Of a stretch of 64,000 bases of DNA, positions 8,599 to 19,548 are shown piece after piece. The notes beneath the pieces were generated by a model, which was not told the origin of the DNA, did no database searches, and saw nothing but the letters and a program-made list of their open reading frames with translations. Position numbers and translations under genes: made by a program. Position 1 is the first letter of the stretch. Every line of letters starts with the position of its first letter. The stretch comes from Balanoglossus misakiensis (taxonomy: Eukaryota > Animalia > Hemichordata): NCBI GenBank assembly GCA_040954595.2, contig JBECUI020000031.1:1-64000 (forward strand). The letters are read 5' to 3'.

Positions 8599-11500
8599 CA
8601 TTCCAAGACCGGCAGCCCTGCCTCCCCGGCTGCTCTGTCATGGGCTAATCTGGGTTTTGACGATTGTGGCCCTTCGAGAGGTTCTCCCATTTTTCTGGTT
8701 TCTCATTGCCTTCCCCCTGGCTCTTCTGGCTGTGTATCTCCTGCTGACTTTTCATATCAGGAATTTTTTGGCTCTGGGGATTCTAGCCGCTGCACCCTGG
8801 TTTTTCCGATGGCTACTGCAGTTGGGGGGGAACTTCCTTCCAGGAAATTTTCTCCTGGTCTTTGATAATGTCTGGTACCTGATGGCAGTCTGCTGGTACT
8901 TCAGTGTTTTTTCTCTTTTCCTGGTGACCCGCTACCCCCGATGGGTTGTGCTAGAGATTCTTCTTCTCTTGATAATGATCTTCTTCCTGCTTTCTATTCT
9001 GGGAGATCTAGACCTGAATTTGACTCCTCCCCAGCTAGCAAGTATGCAGACGGTGCTGGGGCTGGTCGTAACGATGCTGGGGGCCTGGATTTTTGCTGGA
9101 AGCTTCTGGAAGCGTGGGGGGGCACCTCGGGGAAGGTTTCTTCATATCCTGCTCCTCCTGCTTCTGGCAGGGCTACTTTTCCTTGCGGCGTTTAACCTGA
9201 GAAAGAGCCGTTCTCTGGAGGCTGGAGGGGGCATTCTGAAAAATGATCTCTTCCACTTTGACTTTGCTCAAGTACTCTCGTTAAAGCCTTCCATAGACCT
9301 GAAACCTGAATTGATTCTCCTCTACCGGGAAGATGGCATTCCCCAAAAACGCTATCTGCGCCGCTTTACCCTTTCGGGTTGGGATTCCGAAAAAGGATTT
9401 TTTCGCGATGAGGAAATGTTTGCTCCAGGTTACGCGGTGCCAGATTTCAGGCTTCCGCGTTACAGCACATCCTGGTCCGATCCAGGGTTTCTTAAGAGAA
9501 AAAAGATTTGGCAGGAATATTTTCTCATAGCTCTGGACCCCTCATCTTTCCTGGCCCTGGACCATCCCCTCTCGGTTGAACCTTGGGTAATCTGGGACGA
9601 AGCCTCTTTTTTACGCGCCTACGGTACCTATTCCCTCGTGAGCACAGCGACATCTCAAGAGCTCCAAGGAGTCAAAAAGGGCGGATTGGACAGCGAAACA
9701 ACAAACTACTTGAGCAAGGGAGGAGATGACCCTTTTTATCGGGAGCTAGCTTTGAGCATTACCGAAGGCAATCAGGGACAATGGGAAATGGCAAAGGCTC
9801 TGGAAAGCTGGCTTCAGAATGAGTTTACCTACTCCCTCAACCCCGGCCAGGCCCCAGATGGCGATCAGATGAAATGGTTCCTTACCAGGAGCAAACGCGG
9901 CTATTGTTCCTACTTCGCCTTTGCCATGACAAGACTCGCCCGGGCCTTGGACATTCCCGCCAGGGTAGCTGTAGGTTTTTACACCGACCCTGAGTTCTCA
10001 ACCTTGGGCTTTACTCCCGTCAGGGCCGATCAAGCCCATGCCTGGACCGAGATCTGGTTTGACGGCTACGGATGGATTGGCTTTGATCCCACATCCTTTA
10101 CCTTGGCCCCCGGAGAAGAGTACCCCTTCCAATACCTTTCCTCCGATGAATGGCTCCCCTTAATCGAAGAAATTCTTACCCGCAGGGGAGAAGTCAGTAC
10201 CATCCCCCCATCTGAAGAAAACGCTAATCTCGTCAATAAAGCCTGGCATTCGCTTGTGCTCCGGGTTCCCTTTATTCTGTTCTTTATTCTCCTGCTCATT
10301 CTTTACCTTCCTGGAAGAATTCCCTCCCTGATAGCCCAGATTAAAAGCCGATTCTCTCCCCGGATGCGCCAAAGGGTAATAAGTTCCTGGAAGGTGCATC
10401 AACTCCGGCTGCTAAGGGCCGGTTTCCACAGACCCTCAGGCGAAAGTCTTCTTCTCTGGACCCGCCGCTTAGACCGAGAGGCTGATCTTGCCCTGGAACC
10501 CTGGGCGGAACTGGTACTCAAAGCCGTGTTTGCTCCTTGCTTCAAAGAGGAAGATGGGCAAAGAGCCTCAGATAGACAGAAGAGAGCCTTAGAGGCATGG
10601 AAAAAGCTTCCTCTTTCCCGGAGACTTCGGGGGGAGCTTCTTCCTGGTTTAAGACCTCGCAGATCCCGGGGGCTGCTCATTACCATGTTCTTGGTGCTTC
10701 TAGGCCAAGGGATTGGGGGAGAAACGGTGGATGAAGTTCTGCAGGCCGTGGATGAGGCGGTAGAAGGAGAATTCTACCACCGAGCCCTAGAACTGCTGGA
10801 GCAAGGGAAAAAAGAGCATCCTGAAGCCTCTTCCCTATGGGTTCGCTCCGGAGATCTTTACAGAGACAGAGATCTCCACCGCCTGTCCTTTGCCGAATAT
10901 CTAGAGGCGGAGCGTCGGGATCCAGAAGCCCCAGACATACTCTACCGTCTCTCCAGGAGTGCTGGCTATCTGAATGATAATCAGGCATCAACATCTTACC
11001 TGGAAAAGCTTAGGGAGATTCCCCAGTGGCGGGAAAAGACAGAGTTGGTAAGCGACTTAGGTTGGATGTACTTCAAAACACATCGTTTAGAAGAAGGGGT
11101 GCGTCTTTTAGAAGAGGCCTTGGAACGTAGAATTGAACAGGAATGGACCCTGACCTTGGGCACCCTGTATTCAGGTCTCTATGACTATGAGAAGTCCCGT
11201 TTTTGGTACCAGAAATCCATCGATGCCGCTCTACTGCAGCAAGAAACCTACTTCGCTGCGGTGGCCCTTTATAACCTGTCCCTTCTGGAAATAAGGTTCT
11301 ATCACTACGACAAGGCCTGGCAGGCCGCCCAGGAATCTCTCAATCTACAAGATCGCAGTGGAGGGCACCTGATCCAGGGGGAACTTTTCTACCAAGCCTG
11401 GGATCTTCCCGCTGCCCTGGCAGCCTATCGCCTGGCGGAAACTCAGGACCAAACGCCCCTTTCTCTGATTGACCTGGCCACTCTCTACCGTCGGATAGGA

Positions 11501-12403
11501 CGATTGGACGAGGCCATTCGTTTTATTCAGAGAGTCAAAGAACATAAAGATGAGAGTTGGTTGTACTTCTACGGCATAGACAAAGAGCGGCTGCAACGGG
11601 ACTTAGACAGGATTCTTGCCGATGCCTGGAAGGGACTTGTCAAAAAAGAAACTCTAAGCCCCAAGGCGGGAATTGTTTTGCAGATCACTTCCCTGGGAAG
11701 GCAAATCCTCTGGAAGGCCAGGGGAATTTTCTATGATCGCCGCTTCCGCTCCATATCGCAGAATTATGCCAAAAAGCAGAGCCAGCAAGGAAGCCCCTTA
11801 GAGGCGGCCTGGCATTTTGCCCAGGCATCGCTGGGCTACGAGAAACAGGCCCTGAAGTATTTTGCCTTGGCCCGGGAAATTGAAGAAAAAATCAGCCCCC
11901 TGGCTGGCCCCTGGTACGATTTAGAAGAGGGAAGAGAGGCTGGAGATACTGAAAAAATCCTTCGGGCTCTGGCGAATTTTTATCCTGAGGAAGAATCCGG
12001 CAAGGAAAGTAGCTACAGAGAAATCGCCCTGTTGTCCCCCCCAGACAATCCCTTTACCCTATCCCTCTATCGCCTCAATCCTGGAGGCTTGAGGCAATAC
12101 GGACTGACTCTGCCTCTGAGTCTAAACATCACCGCCCTGGAGCCTCAGCAGGCCAGAAAAGTCCGGCGCAGAAGCCAGGCATTACTGCGGAACGCCGGTC
12201 ATCGCTTATCCAGTCAAGACCAGGGGACAGCCCTCATCAGCCTGAAAATAGCAGAAAACGAGGACATTACCTGCTTCCTCACCGATCCCGATGCTAAGCC
12301 CCTTGGAACGAGAAAGGGAAAGGGCTTAAGTCGGAAGGAGTTAGCCCCCCTGCTGGCCCAGATTCTCGATATGCTCTACCTAACTCCACTTCCAGAGGAG
12401 TAG
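8582..12403 (+). CDS. Multi-TM transglutaminase-like protein with C-terminal TPR region
   Basis: N-terminal TM helices; GYCSYFA...PARVAVGF...HAWTEIWFDGYGWIGFDPT (Cys-His-Asp); helical TPR-like C-terminal half. Confidence 0.88.
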   Translation: MPGLSSIPRPAALPPRLLCHGLIWVLTIVALREVLPFFWFLIAFPLALLAVYLLLTFHIRNFLALGILAAAPWFFRWLLQLGGNFLPGNFLLVFDNVWYLMAVCWYFSVFSLFLVTRYPRWVVLEILLLLIMIFFLLSILGDLDLNLTPPQLASMQTVLGLVVTMLGAWIFAGSFWKRGGAPRGRFLHILLLLLLAGLLFLAAFNLRKSRSLEAGGGILKNDLFHFDFAQVLSLKPSIDLKPELILLYREDGIPQKRYLRRFTLSGWDSEKGFFRDEEMFAPGYAVPDFRLPRYSTSWSDPGFLKRKKIWQEYFLIALDPSSFLALDHPLSVEPWVIWDEASFLRAYGTYSLVSTATSQELQGVKKGGLDSETTNYLSKGGDDPFYRELALSITEGNQGQWEMAKALESWLQNEFTYSLNPGQAPDGDQMKWFLTRSKRGYCSYFAFAMTRLARALDIPARVAVGFYTDPEFSTLGFTPVRADQAHAWTEIWFDGYGWIGFDPTSFTLAPGEEYPFQYLSSDEWLPLIEEILTRRGEVSTIPPSEENANLVNKAWHSLVLRVPFILFFILLLILYLPGRIPSLIAQIKSRFSPRMRQRVISSWKVHQLRLLRAGFHRPSGESLLLWTRRLDREADLALEPWAELVLKAVFAPCFKEEDGQRASDRQKRALEAWKKLPLSRRLRGELLPGLRPRRSRGLLITMFLVLLGQGIGGETVDEVLQAVDEAVEGEFYHRALELLEQGKKEHPEASSLWVRSGDLYRDRDLHRLSFAEYLEAERRDPEAPDILYRLSRSAGYLNDNQASTSYLEKLREIPQWREKTELVSDLGWMYFKTHRLEEGVRLLEEALERRIEQEWTLTLGTLYSGLYDYEKSRFWYQKSIDAALLQQETYFAAVALYNLSLLEIRFYHYDKAWQAAQESLNLQDRSGGHLIQGELFYQAWDLPAALAAYRLAETQDQTPLSLIDLATLYRRIGRLDEAIRFIQRVKEHKDESWLYFYGIDKERLQRDLDRILADAWKGLVKKETLSPKAGIVLQITSLGRQILWKARGIFYDRRFRSISQNYAKKQSQQGSPLEAAWHFAQASLGYEKQALKYFALAREIEEKISPLAGPWYDLEEGREAGDTEKILRALANFYPEEESGKESSYREIALLSPPDNPFTLSLYRLNPGGLRQYGLTLPLSLNITALEPQQARKVRRRSQALLRNAGHRLSSQDQGTALISLKIAENEDITCFLTDPDAKPLGTRKGKGLSRKELAPLLAQILDMLYLTPLPEE

Positions 12404-13428
12404 ACATACTGAACGACTATGTAGGCCACATAAAGAAAAAGAAACCAGCCCCCCTGCCAACGATGGAAACGTCCGCTTCGGTTACCTAGAATAAAAAATC
12501 GGAAAGAAAACAGCATCAGCAGCATGGTGGGAAAATGAAACCACAGAAAGGTAGACGGCACGGTCAAGGGACGAACCGTCATCGCAGCCCCTACCACAAA
12601 AAGGGCATTAAGAACATCAGCCCCAACAATATTCCCAATTGTAATTTCCGGATGTCCGCGACGTATGGCAGCAAAGGCCGTACTCAATTCCGGCAGGGAA
12701 GTCCCCAGGGCTACCATGGTGGAAGCAATAATATCTTCTGAGACCCCCAAGCGCCGAGCTATCTCACTGGCCGCAGGTACAAGAAGCCGAGAAGCAAGAA
12801 TCACCAGGACCAAACCTCCAGAAAGCGCCAGGATTGTCCATAACAGGGTTTGAGGCTTCTCGTATTCCGAGCTTTCCTCCTTGAACACTTCCTTTCCCGC
12901 CTGAGCCCAGCGATAGGTCATGAACAAATAAATCCCCAGAAGGATAAGAAAGACTATCCCCAAGGGCCGCTTTAAATAAGGGGTGCCCTCAGCACTCAAG
13001 ATGGCCAGCCCTGCGGCTCCTGCAAGAAGGACCCCTGAACCCAATTGCCACCATCCGGCCCTATTAAGAATCCATCGGTTAAGAGGAGGAGCAGCAATCA
13101 GAATGGTAAGACCAAAAATCAAACCCGTATCGGTAATGATAGAACCCACCCCATTGCCCAGAGCCATCTCGGGATTGCCCAGGAATGCGGCCATCACAGA
13201 CACAAATGCCTCTGGCATCGTTGTCCCCAGGCTAAAAATCGTGGCCCCAATGACAATCTTAGGCAGCCCTGTGCGCAGCGCCAGGTGAATGGCCCCGTCG
13301 ATCATCCAATCGGCCCCCTTGCTAAGGAGGAACACCGTCAACGAGACAATGCCCACCATGGCAAGGGTAGAAACTCCACGTAGGAGCTCAGCTAAAATCT
13401 GTTCATCAATAAAATATTGCCAAAACAT
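12376..13428 (-). CDS. Calcium/sodium antiporter (YrbG/CaCA family)
   Basis: Two alpha repeats GTTMPE and GTSLPE; GNGVGS and GNIVGA; hydrophobic. Confidence 0.92.
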   Translation of the reverse strand: MFWQYFIDEQILAELLRGVSTLAMVGIVSLTVFLLSKGADWMIDGAIHLALRTGLPKIVIGATIFSLGTTMPEAFVSVMAAFLGNPEMALGNGVGSIITDTGLIFGLTILIAAPPLNRWILNRAGWWQLGSGVLLAGAAGLAILSAEGTPYLKRPLGIVFLILLGIYLFMTYRWAQAGKEVFKEESSEYEKPQTLLWTILALSGGLVLVILASRLLVPAASEIARRLGVSEDIIASTMVALGTSLPELSTAFAAIRRGHPEITIGNIVGADVLNALFVVGAAMTVRPLTVPSTFLWFHFPTMLLMLFSFRFFILGNRSGRFHRWQGGWFLFLYVAYIVVQYVYSSGSGVR

Positions 13429-13563
13429 AAAAGTCTTACTCAATTTTATAATAACAATAGAATACCAGTAAGGGCCCTGGAAGTTCTTTTCGATTCCCCA
13501 AAGAATTTATTCTGCAGGACTTGATGAAAAAAAACAAAATGTATAAGCTATTTTTGTCATTTT

Positions 13564-13635
13564 GCGAAAGTAGCTCAGTGGTAGAGCTCCACCTTGCCAA
13601 GGTGGATGTCGCGGGTTCAAATCCCGTCTTTCGCT
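13564..13635 (+). tRNA. tRNA-Gly(GCC), CCA not encoded
   Basis: GCGAAAGTAGCTCAGTGGTAGAGC-CCACC-TTGCCAA-GGTGG...GGTTCAAATCCCGTCTTTCGCT. Confidence 0.97.
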
Positions 13636-13702
13636 TTAAGTCTCCCCTTCCGAATGGCAATTTGGAGGAAATATTTCTGACTATGAAGTTGCGTTACCAT
13701 AT

Positions 13703-13726
13703 AAAAAGGGCGGTTTAAACCGCCCT
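13703..13726 (-). terminator. Rho-independent terminator downstream of PEPCK
   Basis: GGGCGGTTTAAACCGCCC palindrome followed by T5 on the minus strand. A second hairpin lies at about 13769-13794. Confidence 0.7.
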
Positions 13727-13799
13727 CTAAGCCTCAAGATTGAGACAGTTCTCCTTTTGGACTCCGACAAAAGGGGGGATCGTCTCCCCCCCTCTCCGG

Positions 13800-15698
13800 T
13801 TAGCCCCGGAAATCCCCAGGTTTAATCTCGTCACCGTATTTCTTTGCAGCTTCCTTAATCTTCGCAATAGCCTCATCCCAGACCTTGTAGAGGGAAGCTG
13901 GAGTGTTGGAATCCATCTTCGTATAGAAGGCCTTAGTCCGCTCTAGTTTATCAATCCATTTTTGGCAGCGGAAGGTGAAAAGATACTGATAATCCTCTTC
14001 CCGGAAATCCTCGTCCAGCAATTCCTTAAAGAGTCTCTTCAAATCCGCATACAAGGGAATGTAGCCGGTGGGGGTGCGTAAGTACTCAAACTCATCGTAT
14101 ACCCGGCCTTCGGCCCAGTGAAGCCAAACCTTCTTTGCCATCTTGCTGGTCATGAACTTACCTTGAGAATTAAGCATGAAGTAGTTGGTACTGAACACCT
14201 TGGGCACTTGCTTCATACCTTTGACAAAGTTCAAGTTGTTCACGGTGTATTCGCCCAGGGGATAGGCCAAAAAATCCAGGTTTGCCATGGGGCTGGGCTT
14301 GCGAACACCCTCAGCCCCAAGAGTGGCCGCCGTAGTCTCTGACTCCAGGGGGGCAGCCTTAATAAGGATACCCTCATCATAAGTGGGAGATTCTTCTATG
14401 GGCACAGTGGTATCGCTGTCCCGGCCTCCGTAGAGTAGCCCTTGGACAAGGATTCCTTCCTTAGCCTCAAATCCGGCCTTATCAAAGTTGGAAAGATAGT
14501 CCAGGCGCATGGTATAGCGAGCGTTAGCATGGGCTATACCAACTTCTTTGCCATTGGCATCTTTATCCCCTTTTTTCCAAGAACCATGATGGTTGCTTCC
14601 AGAATCGGCGGGCTTTTCGCCCATACCCAGCCAGTAGGGCTTGTTATCTTGGCTCCGCAAAACATTGGAAAAAATCAATTCCTGAGGCTTGTTCAAGTTC
14701 TCAAAGATAACCGGATCGTCCTCGGAGTTCACCTCTTTAATGATACCGAAGATTCCCTGTTCCACATTTACAGCCCTAAATTCATTGCGAATATTCCTGA
14801 AGTAAGCTATATCGTCACCCACCACTTCCTCACCGGGAATCATAGCGGTAGAAGTTTTTCCGCAAGCAGAAGGATAGGCACCGCAGAAATAGGTGCGGCG
14901 CTTATTCGTGGTATTGATAATGGCCATAATGAACATGTGCTCGCAGAGCCAACCCTCCTGACCAGACTTGTTGATGGCCAGACGCATAGAATGTTTTTTA
15001 AGACCCACAGAATTGCCTGCATACTGGGTGTTCATGGAATAGACAATGTTGTTCTGGGTGTCCATGTAGACCCGGCGTTTGTCCAGATTGGCGGCACAAC
15101 CCCTCTTGTCAAGTTCCCCGGCAGAATGGATAAAACGGAAGAAGTCATCTTTTTCCTCTTCCTTCATGTTCAAGAAGTGATTGTAGGCAGGGCGGTAGAG
15201 AATGGACTCAGAATGGGCCACATACCAAGAATCAGAAAACTGCACACAGGGTATGGTGAAGGGACTATCGGTGGGGCCTTCGGCAAAAAATTTGACCACA
15301 GCATCTTTGCCCTTCATGTTTCCCTTGGCAATGGCCATAATCTCGTTGTGTCCCTCGGTATATTCTGTTGAGTTCAAAGACTTCATACGCTGAAGATTTT
15401 CTTTGTAGACAAGATATTTTGTGTTCCCTTTATCTCTTGCCTGGTCACTGTATCCATCCCAATGAATGGTTTGTCCATCCAAAGAAAGTCTATGCTCTTC
15501 ACCTTTTGCCAGGGCCTGATCTCGAATGTACTGCTCATCGGCAGCGCTGTCATCACAGACATAAATGGTGGCTGGCTCACAATGAGCTGCGAACTCCCCA
15601 ATAAAGTCATAAACTTTCCGGTTTTCTAATCTGAGAAGTCTTTTATAACTCTGTTCAGACATTTTCCCCTTAAGGAGAGATTCGTATTTAGGGTTCAT
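13800..15698 (-). CDS. pckG: GTP-dependent phosphoenolpyruvate carboxykinase
   Basis: YAGNSVGLKK, WLCEHM, GAYPSACGKT, VGDDIA, NARYT motifs. Confidence 0.93.
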   Translation of the reverse strand: MNPKYESLLKGKMSEQSYKRLLRLENRKVYDFIGEFAAHCEPATIYVCDDSAADEQYIRDQALAKGEEHRLSLDGQTIHWDGYSDQARDKGNTKYLVYKENLQRMKSLNSTEYTEGHNEIMAIAKGNMKGKDAVVKFFAEGPTDSPFTIPCVQFSDSWYVAHSESILYRPAYNHFLNMKEEEKDDFFRFIHSAGELDKRGCAANLDKRRVYMDTQNNIVYSMNTQYAGNSVGLKKHSMRLAINKSGQEGWLCEHMFIMAIINTTNKRRTYFCGAYPSACGKTSTAMIPGEEVVGDDIAYFRNIRNEFRAVNVEQGIFGIIKEVNSEDDPVIFENLNKPQELIFSNVLRSQDNKPYWLGMGEKPADSGSNHHGSWKKGDKDANGKEVGIAHANARYTMRLDYLSNFDKAGFEAKEGILVQGLLYGGRDSDTTVPIEESPTYDEGILIKAAPLESETTAATLGAEGVRKPSPMANLDFLAYPLGEYTVNNLNFVKGMKQVPKVFSTNYFMLNSQGKFMTSKMAKKVWLHWAEGRVYDEFEYLRTPTGYIPLYADLKRLFKELLDEDFREEDYQYLFTFRCQKWIDKLERTKAFYTKMDSNTPASLYKVWDEAIAKIKEAAKKYGDEIKPGDFRG

Positions 15699-15803
15699 AA
15701 AGTTTCCTCGTATATAAAATTCTTTGCCAGGCCGGGAAAACTTTAAAACACTAATCCCCGATCCTTAAGCTACTTTAAAGTTTCTTCTAAGATAGAATTT
15801 TTG

Positions 15804-16268
15804 TCAACTTGCGGTAGTTAATTTTAAAGATGAATTCTGCCGTGCTATTATTTTTTCCGACAAGTTCTGCATTTTTGTTTCCCAGCTCTGCTCCATCGGG
15901 CCCATGAAATCCGCAACCCGCACCTTCACATCTCCAGTAAACTTGGAAAGCCCCTTCTCTCCTAAAATAGAAGAAAGAAGCATTGTCTCTTCCTCACCCA
16001 ACTCAACACAGGTAGAAACCACGACAAAGCTTGACTCATGGGGAAATTTCGCATTTCTTAGAAAATCAAGTGCTCTTAAGGGAGGAAAGCCAATTTGTGT
16101 TGGAACACAAAAAATGTATAGCTTAGCTGGAGGTACCGCATCAGGCGTAAGACTTAGTAGAGACGATACAATCACATGACTCTCTGTCTTGCGAAGCTGA
16201 TGAGACAACGACATAGCAAGTATTTTATTGTTCCCAAAGTTAGAAAAATAAATTATTGAAATGTTCAC
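15804..16268 (-). CDS. Flavodoxin-like protein
   Basis: IIYFSNFGNNKILA N-terminal loop and alpha/beta pattern. Confidence 0.65.
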   Translation of the reverse strand: MNISIIYFSNFGNNKILAMSLSHQLRKTESHVIVSSLLSLTPDAVPPAKLYIFCVPTQIGFPPLRALDFLRNAKFPHESSFVVVSTCVELGEEETMLLSSILGEKGLSKFTGDVKVRVADFMGPMEQSWETKMQNLSEKIIARQNSSLKLTTAS

Positions 16269-16391
16269 TGCACCTATCCTTTTTTGATCTCTGTACTCTT
16301 CCGTATATCTTCGTACTTGAACGAGTATGACCTATAAATATTTTTTTTACTAGTAAAAGAAATATTTATAGGAAAATTTTTAGCAAAACAA

Positions 16392-19300
16392 CTAACAAAA
16401 GAAATTTAAAAGCTCTTTTGTTGACAGGTTTTGAGACAGCCCTTCTCCCAATACCCCTTGTATAAGCTTCTTCTTAGATTCCTGAAGTTCTAATACTTTT
16501 TCTTCAATGGTCCCGGCAGTAATAAGCCGGTAAGCCATTACTGGCTGCTTCTGTCCCCAGCGGTGAACCCGGTCTATGGCCTGGGCTTCCACGGCAGGAT
16601 TCCACCAAGGATCTAAAAGGAAAACATAATCCGCTGCTGTCAAATTAATGCCTACGCCGCCGGCTCTAAGACTCAAAAGAAAAATGGAAGGTCCTCGTTT
16701 ATTGCTAAAACGGTTAATTTCCTCTTGACGTTTTCTGGTAGAGCCATCCAGGCGGGTAAAGTCCCAGCCTTTCTGCCCACAAAGTTCCCCCACACGGTCC
16801 AGAACACCCAAAAACTGGCTAAAAACCAGAAGTTTATGGCCCTCTGAAAGAACTTCTTCCATCAGTCTTTCCAGAAGAAGAAATTTCCCCGAGGGAATAT
16901 CCGAAAAACTCTTTCCCGCCAGGGGAGGATGAATGGCCAAAAGCCGAAGTTTGGTAAGGAGCACCAAAATATCCACTCCTAGCCCCCGCATACCCTGGCT
17001 ATCTATCATACCAGTCACCTGCTGGTAATATTGATCCCGAACGGCCATGTAAGCCTTGGCCTGCTCAGGAAGCATCTGGCAGCGAAGAACAGATTCCTCC
17101 TTGGGAGGAAGGTCGGGGAGAACCTCGGCCTTAGTACGACGAAGCAGAAAGGGAGAGACCACAGAATGAAGACTTTTTAAAACTTCTTCATTTTCTTCCT
17201 CTTTGGAACGGACATAAAGGTTGTTGAATTCGGCCAAGTTCCCCAGAAGACCGGGGTTCAAAAAATTCATTTGGGCCCAAAGTTCAGAAAGGTGATTTTC
17301 TAAAGGGGTACCCGTCAAGGAAATCCGGTGCTGGCTTTTCAATGAACGAACAGCCTTAAAGACCTGTGAAGAAGCGTTTTTTACATAATGGGCCTCGTCC
17401 AGAATAATCGTGTCCCAATTCCTCCCTAAAAATTTTTCCACATCGTTCCGGAGAGTTTGATAACTGACAATAATAAGAGTTACATCATCTTCAGGACTCG
17501 GAAGCTTTCGATATGCTGCCGCTCCAGAATAACGATGAAAGGAAATAGTCGGAGCAAAATTCTTGATCTCAGCCTCCCAATTGGCCAGAGTGACCACTGG
17601 ACCCGCCAAAAGACAGGGACCTAGAGAGTTTCTGTTTTGCAACTCAACCAGATAGGCCAGAGTCTGGATGGTTTTCCCCAATCCCATATCGTCGGCAAGA
17701 CAGCCATTCACCTTGTGCTTTCGCAGATGGAGGAGCCAGAGGAAGCCCAGGCTTTGATAGGGGCGCAGTCGTCCTTGAAAATTTTCTGGGGCAAGGGGGA
17801 GCTCCTGGGGAGAAAAATTTGTCAGAGAATAAAAAAGCTCCCGGTTTTCAATTAACTCCTGGGTGTCCTCCTTTGAAAGATTAGCGTAGATCACATCAAT
17901 AAGCTTCAGATTACTGGGGCTAGTCCGCAGGAAACCCTTCTCGTCCAAGCCATGGCGGCGAAGAAAAATTAATCGCTCAATATCCTGATGGGACAAGAGG
18001 AAATAAGCTTCTTGAGTACCTACCAAACCGGTTTGGGGAAACCAATCATCTATTTCCAGAAAGAAGTCTCTATCCTGCCAGGCCAACTCCGTAGAAACTT
18101 CCATAAGGTGATGTTTCTTTTGGACCGAGAATTGGACTTCGGCGCCCCTTCTAATGGGACGGTTTTCCAGCCGAATTTCAATCCCTGCCTCCAATAGGGC
18201 CTCTCCGAAACAAGAAAGAACATCCGTTAAGGAACCCTTTAACTGGAAGGGGGTACTGAGGTCACCGAAAAGCCCGGCATAATATCCCCTTCGCCAGCTT
18301 AAGGCTTCACTAAGGAGCACTTCGGTTTTATTAAGCAGCTCTCTCTCCGCCTGATAATCCCGAAGGCCAATGACCTTGGGAAGCCAAAAGGAAGTATCAA
18401 CAAGGGTTCTGCGCTTATCTCCAGGAGTCACCGTAATGCTTCCATACCCAAAAAAGGGCTGCAGAGTTGTTTCCCCGTCCATCTCCCCAAGTTCCAGAAA
18501 CATCTTGGGGCTCAGGACCTTTCGGGGCAGAGCTTTTACCAGAATAACCTGCGGGGGAATGGATGGTCCTTTCGTAGTGCAAAAACGAATGTCTCTCTCT
18601 CTCAATACTCGGCGAGAGAAAAGCAAACGGATAAAGCGGACGGTATTCCCCTCTTCCCGAAGACCCAAAATCCTTCCCGTTTCAAGATCCAGAAGAAAAA
18701 GATGACCATCACCGGCAAAAAGCTCTCCAGTCAGGACTTTCTTCTTTTCATCCACCAAGGCAGCCTGGGGTAGGTAGGTTTTTTCTTCTCCCACCGTTTC
18801 TAAAAGAGGCTCAAAGCGCAGTTCTAAGGCAGATGCCGTGGAGTAGGACCAGGGCCTGCCCGAAGGAAGAAACAGATGCTGCTTTCGGTTAAGAAGTTCC
18901 AGCACAAGGCTGGGTAAGGAACGGGCCTCGGAAAGAAAAGAAAGGATTTTTTCATCTTGGCAGGGCTGGGGACGTCCCCGCATCCCATTTTCTCTGAAGG
19001 GAAGTCTGGCAGGACTGATCTGCCACATTCTCCCTCCCAGAGTTCTGAAACTTCTTCCTTCTGTTTCAGGAAGATTCTTCACTCTCTCTTCTTTTTTAAG
19101 TTCAGGCCCTAAGATTACGGCCTTTTCGTATTTTACCGGTACAGGAGGGACAAGAAAAAGAGTGGTTCCCGGCGGAGGCTCCTGGGAAATTTCAACCTCG
19201 GTCTCCCCAGGGAATGGCGGTATTTCCTGGGGGAAGAATTTTCTGATTCCCCGCTGGGAAGCGTTTAGAAGCAGGGCAGCCAGATGGGCACAGGGTTTTT

Positions 19301-19514
19301 TATTGGGGCAGTCGCAATAATAAAGCCCATCCCCTTCCCCGGGACACCACTTTACCTCAAAGGGTTCACGGGCCTTATCCAGCACAAAGGCTCTTATGCT
19401 GCCTTGAGTTTCCTTAAAATTCCACAAGAACCGGTTTGCTAGCAGTTCCTGCCCACGCCGGAAATACGGACCACGGGCAAGATCTTTAAGGCTTCCTGCA
19501 GGAAGGGCTGTCAC
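16392..19514 (-). CDS. SNF2-family helicase with N-terminal SWIM zinc finger
   Basis: CDCPNKKPCAH; LADDMGLGKT, ILDEAH, LTGTPLEN, GGVGINLTAA, QAIDRVHR. Confidence 0.93.
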   Translation of the reverse strand: MTALPAGSLKDLARGPYFRRGQELLANRFLWNFKETQGSIRAFVLDKAREPFEVKWCPGEGDGLYYCDCPNKKPCAHLAALLLNASQRGIRKFFPQEIPPFPGETEVEISQEPPPGTTLFLVPPVPVKYEKAVILGPELKKEERVKNLPETEGRSFRTLGGRMWQISPARLPFRENGMRGRPQPCQDEKILSFLSEARSLPSLVLELLNRKQHLFLPSGRPWSYSTASALELRFEPLLETVGEEKTYLPQAALVDEKKKVLTGELFAGDGHLFLLDLETGRILGLREEGNTVRFIRLLFSRRVLRERDIRFCTTKGPSIPPQVILVKALPRKVLSPKMFLELGEMDGETTLQPFFGYGSITVTPGDKRRTLVDTSFWLPKVIGLRDYQAERELLNKTEVLLSEALSWRRGYYAGLFGDLSTPFQLKGSLTDVLSCFGEALLEAGIEIRLENRPIRRGAEVQFSVQKKHHLMEVSTELAWQDRDFFLEIDDWFPQTGLVGTQEAYFLLSHQDIERLIFLRRHGLDEKGFLRTSPSNLKLIDVIYANLSKEDTQELIENRELFYSLTNFSPQELPLAPENFQGRLRPYQSLGFLWLLHLRKHKVNGCLADDMGLGKTIQTLAYLVELQNRNSLGPCLLAGPVVTLANWEAEIKNFAPTISFHRYSGAAAYRKLPSPEDDVTLIIVSYQTLRNDVEKFLGRNWDTIILDEAHYVKNASSQVFKAVRSLKSQHRISLTGTPLENHLSELWAQMNFLNPGLLGNLAEFNNLYVRSKEEENEEVLKSLHSVVSPFLLRRTKAEVLPDLPPKEESVLRCQMLPEQAKAYMAVRDQYYQQVTGMIDSQGMRGLGVDILVLLTKLRLLAIHPPLAGKSFSDIPSGKFLLLERLMEEVLSEGHKLLVFSQFLGVLDRVGELCGQKGWDFTRLDGSTRKRQEEINRFSNKRGPSIFLLSLRAGGVGINLTAADYVFLLDPWWNPAVEAQAIDRVHRWGQKQPVMAYRLITAGTIEEKVLELQESKKKLIQGVLGEGLSQNLSTKELLNFFC

Positions 19515-19548
19515 AAAGAGTCTGGGCTTTCTGAAAAACCAGCTCCAA

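Noticed and set aside
14442-15371. 309-aa antisense ORF and the many other shadow ORFs in the track
   Set aside because: They lie opposite or within well-supported genes and have no recognisable motifs.
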